A stretch of DNA of 64,000 bases, from positions 1,178,001 to 1,242,000 of the forward strand of contig CBFFRQ010000069.1 of assembly GCA_965644315.1 (NCBI GenBank). Direction: 5' to 3'. Position 1 is the stretch's first letter. Each line of letters starts with the position of its first letter. Made by a program: the position numbers and the translations under genes. The notes beneath the pieces were generated by a model. It made no database searches. It saw nothing but the letters and a program-made list of their open reading frames with translations, and was not told the origin of the DNA. This DNA is from Caecitellus pseudoparvulus (taxonomy: Eukaryota > Protista > Bigyra: Bicosoecida). This document shows positions 18,868-29,000 of this stretch, one piece after another.

Positions 18868-20446
18868 ATGGATCTCTGCACGCTCTCCCGTTTTTATGAT
18901 CAGCCTGAGCTCCGTCAAGTCCACTCAAGGCGCAGGCATGGCCAGGTGAGGCCGCCAGTGAGACGGGGCCGCACGGCATCAAATTCCGCACGCTCGCTGC
19001 CCCCCGCCGCAGCGTCGAGCTGCGCCCAAGCAAACGAGATTTGGGCGGACTTTCGCGACAACAAAGGGCATTCCCTTTGAAAAGCTGGGCGCAGAGCATC
19101 AACGTGGATTTCTCAAGGAAGAAATCCGAGACGGAGCCACTGGCGCAGGTGCCATTTTCGCGTCGCTGACCCCAGTGGAAGCACCGGCCCGAGACAGCAA
19201 CTGCGCTGCCAAGGCTGACGTGGACTCGGACTCCACATTTGTCATTCAGAGTGAGGAGCACCTTGGCGCTGGCTGCGGCGTTGCGGGCGGACAGCCCACG
19301 GTGCAGCCTGTGCCCAGTGAAAGCCACCTGGACAGGCTGCGACGCGAGGCAGCAGCGTCAGGTGCCCTGCCAAGGCGTGGGCGACCCACACCCGCGGTAG
19401 TGGCTGTGGCCCAGCGTGTGCTGGGCCCACATGCCCACCTGGGTGGTTTCCACGTCGCAGCCGGGGGCTGTGTGTTGGCACCCGGTGAGCTCACCAGCAC
19501 TGTGTCTGTCGGGCGCGCAGGCAATGACGCGGGGTTGCCAGCATCCGACACGGTGCGCCTGCAGCGGCAAGGTCTGGGGGGGTGCATTGAGCAGGACGCA
19601 CCCACCCTCATTCCCCCTGCCCTGCGCCGCGCTCTGAATGAGCAAGAGGTGGCCGCACAGGCCGCTGCCAGGGCGGCGCGGCGTGGTGTAGCCGCTAGAC
19701 ACCGCACACGAACACTGACCCACCTCCGGCACCCCAGGGGGCTGCTGTCGCCGTCTGCCAGCGCCCCGGCGTTGGGGGCCACGCGAAACATGGCCAGTCG
19801 CTTGGCACATGACGCAGCGGGCGGGCCACCTTCAAAGGCTGAGTCCACCACGCCGGCCCGGCAGCCCCCGACCCGAACACACACGGCGCCGGCCGCTCGC
19901 TGCAGGCGCAGCCGTGGCGAGCAAGGGCGGCCCTTCGACATCCTCCGGCCCACGACGGCCACGCCGGGCGCGGCGCCGCCCTCTGGAACAGAGGCCGCCA
20001 CGCCACCCCTGCGAGCTTGGGACCCCGAGACGCAGGCTGGTGTGGTGGCGGGGACGAGGCTGCAGCCTGGTACCCCTGCCCCTGTTCTAGCAGCGCAGGA
20101 AGGGCAGCCAGCCGCTGGAGCCGGGTCCAGGCACGGGCGGCAGCTAGCGGGTGAGGGCGATGAGCTGGCAGCGCTGCCGCGCAGGCGCCGTGTGCCTGAG
20201 TGGAGGTGCCCCGCTGACCTGGAGCTGGGGTCCACCACCCACGGCCGCATCTTCGCGCAGCCAGCCGCGAAGAGCCCCTCCACGCACCGCAGGCAGGCTC
20301 TACTGGACGCGGCGACGCGGGGGCGCCGGTATGATGTCGTCACCGGCGCGCCCTTGCCAGTGGAACGACGACCCACAAAGCAGTCCATGGACAGGGCCAG
20401 TGGCCCAACGCACCCGTCTCAGTACTCGACTGGTGGCTGGAGGTAG
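18868..20446 (+). CDS. Hypothetical basic, Ala/Pro/Arg-rich protein (~503 aa, 2 exons)
   Basis: Exon 18868-18945 (MDLCTLSRFYDQPELRQ..HGQ) and intron 18946-19012 (GTGAGG..CCGCAG) splice in frame to 19013-20446. No recognisable domain; short motifs PFDIL and RRYDVVTG. More introns are possible. Confidence 0.6.
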
Positions 20447-20588
20447 ACCCCTGTGCGTGGCGGTGTCACACAGCACACTGCCCCGCTCAAATACACGAAA
20501 TACACCCTGTTTGCCGATTCGGTGGGCCGACCTCCCCCCAGCGTCAACACGAGTGAGATAGCACACGCTCCCTCTCCCCATGCCCACG

Positions 20589-21588
20589 ATGGCAGCCCCC
20601 ACTCTGACCCTGGCCAGCGAGGCGAGCGACAAGCACTTCATGTACTTGGTTCGGGGCGTCATTGGAAAGATCGTGCAGCATCACCCAGACGCAACCCTCG
20701 CTGCGTTAAGGGGGCTGTTAGATGAATCAGGCCTGGACTCGGCAGGTGCGCGGCAGCTGCAGTGCACTTGGCATGCAATTCCCGCAGATGTAGCAGCAGC
20801 AGCACACCGCCCTCTCAAGGTGCGCAGGGAAAGACGCCTTGCTGTTGTCGTTGGAACGCGTGCTGTCACTGGCCGTTGTCGAGAGATGGGACGTTGAGAA
20901 GCTGCAGAGTTTCCTCGCAGAAGTGCGGCACGGCGATGCTGGGACCACCCTGCCTCGCCGACCCACAGCTCCCTGCCTTCCCGCAGACGGACATCAGCGC
21001 AGCTCATGCTGGGGTACTTGCGGCCCAGTGGCCCCGCGAGCTGAGCCGGGTTCGTTCCGCGTGCACAAATCCGCAGGCTCCGCGTACTGCACTCTGACCC
21101 ACCCCTCCCAACGCACACAGGCCACCGCGGTGCTGAGTCTGCGAAGCAAATGGGAGGACACCATTCTGGACATGTCGTGGAGGATTGATGTGCTCACATC
21201 AACAAAAGCAGGCTCTGCAGAGGATCTCTCGGAACCGGTGGCCATGGTGGAGCTCTCCGTGGGCCCTGTGCGTGGCTCGCCCAGCGTCACCACCTGCTTG
21301 CGGCGCACCCCGCACCCTCGCCTCCCCTCGCAGCGGCCCGAGAGCGCCCTGACTCAGCATGGGCATGCTGCGCAGACCTCTGCAGCCTCGTCAAGGGCAG
21401 CCCCGTCCAGCAAGAAGGCCCACAGTGCCAGCGCTGTATCACACTCATCCCGCGACGCAACCTCCGATGCACCCTCCTCGTCAGCCCTACGGTTTGAAGC
21501 AACGAGGGAGCAGCTGCAGGCGCTGTTAGGGCAAATGGCTGCCGCCGAGGCTGCCATACAAAACCTAGGGGGTGGGGCAACGGCGTGA
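20589..21588 (+). CDS. COMMD1: COMM domain-containing protein, COMMD1-like (~224 aa, 5 exons)
   Basis: Exons 20589-20745, 20828-20922, 20987-21049, 21121-21267 and 21376-21588 are all GT-AG and frame-consistent. COMM signature: SKWEDTILDMSWRIDVLTSTK..SEPVAMVELSV..LRFEATREQLQALL. The S-R/K-W before the COMM domain fits COMMD1. Confidence 0.75.
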
Positions 21589-21604
21589 ACGGCCCAGGCG
21601 ACAG

Positions 21605-21612
21605 AATGCATT
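21605..21612. terminator. Palindromic AATGCATT, candidate shared 3'-end processing signal of two convergent genes
   Basis: It lies in the 48-bp gap between stops at 21588 (+) and 21637 (-) and reads AATGCA on both strands. The same hexamer follows most stop codons in the window. Confidence 0.55.
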
Positions 21613-21636
21613 GGCCAGGTGTCAGCGGAGCCGCGC

Positions 21637-22566
21637 TCACTGGGCGCTGGCCTCTGGGCCGTCCTGCAGAAACACACGTGCCTTGCGCACAACGCGCTGC
21701 TGGAGGTCCTCTGTCTGCCCCAGGGTGAAGATGGGCGAATCGTCCTTCTCGTAAGCCTCCAGGTACCGCAAGTGCTTCTCATATGCAGCAGCGTGAGAGG
21801 CCACCGCCCCCTCGAAGGAGGAGGTGACGGCGTCGCAGAACTTCACATACCCCTCGATGGCCTTCACCTGCTCTGGGGTGTATGCTGTAGGGTGCTTCTC
21901 CACGCTGCCTGCCAGCCCGTACGCTAGCGCGCCCACAGCGTACTCGGCTTGGTGGCACGCTGCCGCCACGGACGCCTGTTGGCCAGGCGTGAAGGTGTTC
22001 TGGCGCTCGATGTCGTGGTTGATGCCCTTGGCAACCAGCGCAGCCGCCTTCTTGAACAGGTCTGCGACCAGCACGTCTTCCCGTGCCATAAGTGTGACCA
22101 GCGCAGCGATGCCGCCGGGCAACACCTCATCCAGACGCTCCTTCAGGTGGAAGGACACTGCCCTGTACCAGTCAGCACTGTGCACGCCATGCTTGTGAAA
22201 GACGGTGCTCATCTGCACCAAGTCATCGGCGGCAAATTCCTCCAGACGAGGAATGCACTCCGTGATGATGCCGGCGAACAAGTCCACTGCAGGCGCGCCA
22301 GCCTCATCAATGATGTACACTGCTGTGCTCAGCTCACGGTGGTTGTACTCAGCCAGGGCAGTGCCTGCTGCATCTGAAGAGTCGTACACTTGCACACCTC
22401 CAGCGGCAGCTGCGTGCTCAGAGCTCTGTGTTGCACCTTGAGCAGAAACTGGCGCGGAAGATGCAATCCAAGCTGCAGGGGCAGCCACAATTCCGCTCTT
22501 GGACGCAGCCAGGCTGCCGGCGCGCGAGGCGCCGGCAACGAGGCGATACGCAGTGCGAGCGAGCAT
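21637..22566 (-). CDS. Mitochondrion-targeted alpha-helical repeat protein (HPR/OPR/FASTK-like repeats), 309 aa
   Basis: The N-terminus MLARTAYRLVAGASRAGSLAASK is Arg/Ala/Ser-rich with no acidic residues, like a presequence. About 3-4 degenerate ~37-aa repeats follow (e.g. DLFAGIITECIPRLEEFAADDLVQMSTVF; DWYRAVSFHLKERLDEVLPGGIAALVTLM). Confidence 0.6.
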   Translation of the reverse strand: MLARTAYRLVAGASRAGSLAASKSGIVAAPAAWIASSAPVSAQGATQSSEHAAAAGGVQVYDSSDAAGTALAEYNHRELSTAVYIIDEAGAPAVDLFAGIITECIPRLEEFAADDLVQMSTVFHKHGVHSADWYRAVSFHLKERLDEVLPGGIAALVTLMAREDVLVADLFKKAAALVAKGINHDIERQNTFTPGQQASVAAACHQAEYAVGALAYGLAGSVEKHPTAYTPEQVKAIEGYVKFCDAVTSSFEGAVASHAAAYEKHLRYLEAYEKDDSPIFTLGQTEDLQQRVVRKARVFLQDGPEASAQ

Positions 22567-23033
22567 GGTTGTCGCAAGGAAAGGGAGCTCATGTGTGGTG
22601 ACCGATTTTTACGCTCTGGAATTTTGGCATCGCTCATGGTCTGCGTCGTACCGGTCTGCGTGCCTTACGTGGCAAATTCCGCTGCAAGGCTCCGGCACTG
22701 CTAGGCCAGTCCCACCACCAAGAAAGCTTCAAGAAGCCCGTGAATGCCCTGGCTAGGTGAAAAAATGATAGGGGGCTCTTCTGTGTGTCCTTTTCCAAAC
22801 ATTTCTACCAGGTGCTGAGTGAAAAGTCTGCTAATTGACCTGCATGTTGGGCTAGTCCAACATGCACCAGATGAAAGCAGTAGTACAGTTGTCGGCAATC
22901 CACCCTTGGCAGGCCACTTGCGTCACGTCAGTCTACCCGTGTTTGCCAGGCCTGTTCTGGACAACCAGGACCCGATTACATGCGTGCATTTTTGCTGCAA
23001 TGCAGATAGCCATCGTGCTGCATGCACAGCTGC

Positions 23034-26000
23034 TCAAACACCGTGATCAGCGTAGTTCACCTGAGCTCTGCTTGCCCTGGAGCTGCGCCGAGCCGGCCGG
23101 CTGCTGGACGCCAGGTCGTGGGATGCTTCAGTTCTTGAAGCACGCCTGCCCCGGCGTAGCCGCTGACTGGACACCACGACATCCTCATCTGATGCAGGGG
23201 AGGAGCCACTCCCATCGGACCCCGAAGACGCCGCGGCCTCCTCCAGGTACACGTCATCAGCTTCTTCACTCACCGCCCCGAGTGGGCTCGCCGCCGAACT
23301 CCGTCGCCCACTTGCAAGTGGCCCCTGCCCAGCCGAGGGCAGCTTAAGCACCCTTGCTACTGTGGAGTGCAGTTCGTGAATGTCTGGCAGGGGTGGGAGC
23401 TCCTCCACCAGGGGCGTTCGGAAAGTTGCTTGGGCAGCGTGCAGTTGATCAGTGGCCAAGGCTTTGCAGAACATCGCAAGGAGGGCTAGCGGGGAGTCTT
23501 CCTCGTTGTACAGCAGGGCGTTGTCGAACACTTGCATCAAGTCGGCAGCAAAGCTTTGCACCGTGCCGAAGTGCCCAGAGAGGAGAGCATGCCGTACTTG
23601 GCTGAGGCACATGGGCCTCGCGACCACATCGAGGTAGTCCGGGACCTCAACCACATCCACAGGGTCTTCAAATACCCCCTCCTGGTCTTCTTTCCCAACA
23701 GCAGTCAGGATGTCCAGCATCGCCTCCTGGAAGCGCGCAGCCTCAGCGGGGCCAAGCGCAGCCGCCCCAAGGCCGCCCCCGCTGTCGTCAGACGATTCCC
23801 CGTCCTCCCACCCCTCATCGCCGTCCTCAACTTCTACCTTGTCTGAAAGGTCCTGTCCAACAGGCCACAAGGCGAAGTCATCCACAGCCTTGACAGCTGC
23901 GCGGCCCAGCCCAGGAACCTGCAGCGGATTCTGCCCAGCTGCAACCACAAGTGCAGCTGCCACACCGTGAGATGCTTGCACAATCTCAGAGCCTGGCGGG
24001 TTATACGCAGCACAATTCTTGAAGATCAAGACGGCGTCGAAGACGAATGCGGCGACGCTGCGGTAGAAGTTTCGCAGAAGGCGCAGTGCAATTCGGTGCA
24101 GACACATCGGCACTGGCACCACAGTGAGGTAGTCTGGAAAGAACTTCAGGTCAACGTCGTTTGTGAAGGGAGCAGCGTTGTCTGTCCTGCTGAGCACCAG
24201 GACTGCCCTCAGCAACGCCAGACGGCACGCAAGTGGGATCCCTGGCGCACCCTCGACAACTGCATCCCAGCCCATGTCCATGGCACTGATGCTCCTGGCC
24301 TGGCCCTGAAGGCCACTGTACCGCTCGGCAGCATCGAAAGACGCCGGGGGCCTAGCCTCGCCGTCTGCTGTCAGCACAGAGTGGCCGGTGGATGGCGCCC
24401 CCCACAGGGAGTGGAACTCCCATGGGGCCAGGTACTCGGAGGTCACCTCAGACGCGACTGCGCCGCTGATTTCCGGGGTCGGGCCGAAGTGCACCTGAAC
24501 TGAGCCCGCAGGGCGAGCAACAATCTTTTGCAGAGCATCCAGCACTTGAGCCTCCTCAGGGCTCCTCGCCACCCCTGCCCCTCCCTGTTCAGTTTGACGA
24601 GGTCGCTTTCGCGCACGAGGCGGCGAGACACCCGTCGTCTCACGCGCCGGTGCGTGCACCTGGACAGACTCAGCAACGGAGGTGGGCCCCACTAGCACAC
24701 TCGACACAGTGCCCATCAAGAGTCGGAAGTTCCCTGCCTTGGGGATGGGTGACAGCGACTGAAGTTGGCAGATAGCTGGTGATTGTGGGGCACTGCAGTT
24801 TGCTTCGAAGGACATACAGTGCAACCCCTCCTCTCCGCCACCCAGCACTTGCTCCTCTGGCGACGCATCCTCAGTAAGGATACGTTCAGCCTCTGCTTGC
24901 ATAGCGAGCTGCGCCTCTGTGCCAGCCTGCCACTGCATAGATTCCTCAGGCAGCACCCGTTCCACGTGGTTGAGCAGGCCTTCGATGCTTGCCCATGCAT
25001 CGCTCACACAGCAGCCACCTTTGCTGCGCAGTAGCGCAGGTACAGCAAAGGTGGGAACAGCAGGATTTGCCGCCCCACCCGACTGGCGAGAGACAGGCCA
25101 CAGTTCAGCCAGCTCGTTCCGCAGCTCCCGAGTGTTGAAGTCTACGACGGAGGGCTCCCCGTGCATGCACGTCATCACGAGGTCCCCCGGGAGCTGAACG
25201 CACGTGCGGGGGGTGAGCAGCATCAAATGCCCTGGGGCATTGGCAGGCGGAATGGCAGGGTCAAGTGCCACCCCTGCTGCAGTGCCCGCGCGAGGAAGCG
25301 CAGGGCCCACCAGAGCCACGACATCGGGCCCGCCATGTACGCCAAGGCTTTGCTGTTCATCCCACGACCCAGACATGAAGTACGGAGCAACTACAGCAAG
25401 GCGGTTGTCCATGGACTCGGGGCGCTGCCTGGGAGCGGAAGACTGCAGGAGCCCTGCTTGCTGCAGCCCGGACAGCCACAAGGGTACGCTGCGCAGGGCG
25501 TGACTTGCCCGGCTTTGGAGGACGAGGAACTCAACCCCTTCGTCCTGCTCTGGCCCTGAGGACCGGCGCATGTGCTGTGGAATTGAATCTGGTGTGATGT
25601 CAGCTTCGCTTCCCACCCATGCCAAGCCCCCGGAGCTTCCCCAGCGAACTCGCAGCTGCCTTGCCGAGAGAGGCAGATCGCGAACGGGCTCGGCATCCCA
25701 TTCGAAGCAGTAGGGCGCCACCCATGTGTCGGAGGCAGGTGGCGAGGCCAGACCGCTGGGAAGCTCTCGAATGCTGGGCGCGTGGGTGAGGGTGAGAGTC
25801 AGTTCCAGCGTCACTTCTGCCACCCCAACCTCAAAAGACTTGCGAACATGCACTGCATCCACCCGGACTCCAACCATGCCCCAATGAGCAGGCCACAGTT
25901 GCCACGGAAGGACAGCCATCTGCTGCTCTTCTTGTTCATCGGTAGTAGCTCCAGAGGCTGCTTCCTCACGTCGCCGCTTGCTGCGGCGACTGGGTTGCGA

Positions 26001-29000
26001 CGTTGCTGCAGCACCCAGCCCCAAGCTGACCTCGTAGTCTACCCCAAGCGCAGCCGCATGCAGGGCGGGACAGTACACGAGCTCGTCACCGAGCTGAGGA
26101 ACCAGGATACTCGGGCTTGGCCTCGTCCGAAGCAACCACTCACAATATGGCCCATAGTTCAGGCGCAAGGCCCTTGCCGCATCTTCGAGCTCCTTATCTC
26201 GCGGCTTCCCGCTGGTGGCGTCGGCCATGACAGTTGCGTGGTCAACACCGACTGCAACAACAGGCGCGATGCTGTGCTGGCGATGGAAATGCGTGGCGGG
26301 GTTGGAAAGTTGACGTCTTGGGTTGCGCTGGGATCTGGTCGATGCAGTGGCGGGGGCTCGGCTGAAGCGGCGCCGGTGGTGCCGGTGCCAGCGCTTCAAT
26401 CCCTGAACGACGCGGAAGAGGTGCCTGCCACTTGCGACTGAAGAAGCAGGGCTCTCTGTGGCTGCGGGCACTTGCTGCGCCCCCAACACCTCTGCAAGGC
26501 TTTCAATCGACGCACTTGCAGCTTCAGCTGCCGCCCGTCGAGGCCTGCTCATGCGAGAAGTCGACGCACTGGGTGCAGCCCCGAGTGCTGTTGCTTGCGC
26601 CATGAGCGCGGCCCTGGTTGCTGCATCAACAATGTCCTCTTCAGCCTCCCCACCCGGCACATGGCCTGGCTCCCAGGCATACTTCTGCACTTCTTCCCAG
26701 TCTGCTTGTCCCTGCCGCCGCGCTGTGCACTGGTCGCCCTGCATGAGGGCCGCAGGCCCAGCCGAGCCTGGACAGCGATACTGCCGCAGAGGAGCCGCCA
26801 GGGTTCCATGCAACAAGGCAGGCACACCTAGCAGTTGAGATCGGCGGATTTCCATTCCTAGCCGCCCTGCGTCACCCGGAACTCCAGCCGTCTCAGGTGG
26901 GAGCACAGTGGCTGTGACTGTTGATGGTGCGGCTCGCCGTAGCTGGACACTTGGAGCGAAGCCAAGCACCTTGCACCCTGAGCACGACCAGATACGCTGA
27001 TGAGCTGAAAGAGCAGCCGATTTAGCTGCTTGAGGTCGAGCCGCTGCAACCACTGCCTCAAGCGGGACGCCTGTGGCGTCGCGTTGCACGGCGTGCTCCA
27101 GCAACCGGAGGCATGCAGCCTCCCCCTTCGGCAGTGTCGCTTGCTGAAGAGAAGACAACGTACGAATGTCACTTGCCTGTTGCAAGACCATGTCGGGGCT
27201 GCATGGCGGTGGAAGTAGGTGCGGGTTCAGACGCCGCGCAGCATGCTGTGGTTGCAATGCCAGTCCCCAGACGCAAGTGCCGGCGGTTGTGCCCCCCCGC
27301 CGAAGAGGCAGCAAGAGGGGAGCCACCAAAGTTGCATGGGGCTCGCCATGCCGGTTTCCCACGTGCTGCATGGCCAGCGCAGCGGATGGCGGTGTTTGAG
27401 TGTCTGCCAGCAAGACCGCATGGCTGCCTCGCACCCGCTGCAGGGGTTCACGCTCACGGTGCAAAAACTGCTGGAATGGGGCAAGCTGCAACATGGAGGT
27501 CAGTGGTCCCGAGCTGGCACGCACCTGACGACCTGATCGACCGGGATGGCGCATGCACCCATCGGGGTCCACTCTGAGCGGTTGCGCTGCTGCCACTGGC
27601 CCAACCAGCGGTGGATGGTGAGCACCTCCAACGCCAAAGTGCGTGATTCGCGCCTGGTCATCCGAAACAGCAAATGACATCCCATCAGGGGCCCAGGAAG
27701 CATCTAGGGCCTCACAGCGCTGGACGCTGCTGGTGGACGTTGCTGTGTGCAGTGCGGGGGGTGCCCCGCCATGCAAAGCGGCCAAGTCCACTGGCACCTC
27801 CAGCAGGCGCGCCAAGTGCCATGTGGCGAGCGGTTTGGTAGTTGGCAGGAAAGTTCCACCACGGGTCGGAATTCGCCACAGCTGCAAGCGGCCGTCCTTC
27901 CCTGCTGTGAGCAAAGCAGTGGGGTCAACAGGGGACGGGGCGAGGATGTTCACCTCCTGGACATGTCCGCTGAGAGTTGCCAGGAGTGCCCCAGAGGGAA
28001 CGTGCCATACTTTGACCGAGGGCACCTCAGGCAGCAATTCATCGCCTGGCACCCCGCCGTGGGAGGTGGGAGCCCAGCCCTCAGGAGGCACCCACACCTG
28101 GGAGGTCAGCAAGCAGGAGCTGTCGCAGTTGAACTTGGCTTCGACCAGGGTGGGGGGGCCCCCGCCTCGTGTACTTCCTTCCTGGGGCCCTGTCAAGCCT
28201 TCTCCTTGACCAAGGTCTAGCGTGACGGAGGCAGGGAAGTGCCCGCGCTTGCCCCCTGTCCACAGCTGCACGTGAGGGTCACCGGCTGCTCCTGACACCA
28301 GCGCCCTGCCATCAGGGCTGAAGGCCAGGGTGTGCAGCTTGCCCCTATGCGCGGCAATGCAGGCGATCAAAAAGGGGTTCACGCTAGCCTCAGGAACTGC
28401 AACGTATCGTGCGGCATCCCAGGCCCACTCGAACACTGAACGTGACTGCGAGTGGGCTTCTGACGGGGCGGAGCTTGCAACCCGCCAGAACCTTATGCAG
28501 CCATCATCGCAACCAGTTGCAAGCAGGCCACCGTGTGGGTGCACTGCCATGATTGTTCCTCGCGGCAGGTCGCTGCTTGGGGCGGGTGCACTTGAAACGC
28601 CTCGCGCTGGGACGCTGCCCCCCCCCACTTCATGCTGCAGCAGAGAAATAGAGACAGGGAAAAGGGCCTCTGGAGTGCCTGGAGTTGGGCTTAGTTGCCC
28701 TGGAGGCGCCGGGATTGCCGATTGCAACGAATGCTGCCATGCACCTGCTTGGCGTGCGGCCGCTGCACTGGCAGCCCGGGACTGCGCCAGCGCCAGTAGC
28801 TCCGTTCCAGGTGTTTCCACGCCACCTCCACCTTGGCCCGCTTCATCACCATCAAGCTCGTCAAGGGTGCTGAGAACTGCATCACCTTGGTGCACTTGTG
28901 AGCTGCCAGTGGAGTCGCAATGCCTGCTCCCTACATCTGACACAGCTGCCCTCCCGTCAGCGCTGATTGTGAACAATAGAGAAGGGTGCACTGGATCAAA

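Noticed and set aside
19246-20388. 380-aa antisense ORF as an overlapping gene
   Set aside because: It mirrors the very GC-rich sense ORF, which has the spliced 5' exon and the downstream AATACA signal.
22567-23033. Less GC-rich intergenic stretch as a possible ncRNA or small gene
   Set aside because: No tRNA, snRNA or snoRNA hallmarks. Best explained as the BRWD 3' UTR plus the promoter of the mitochondrial gene.
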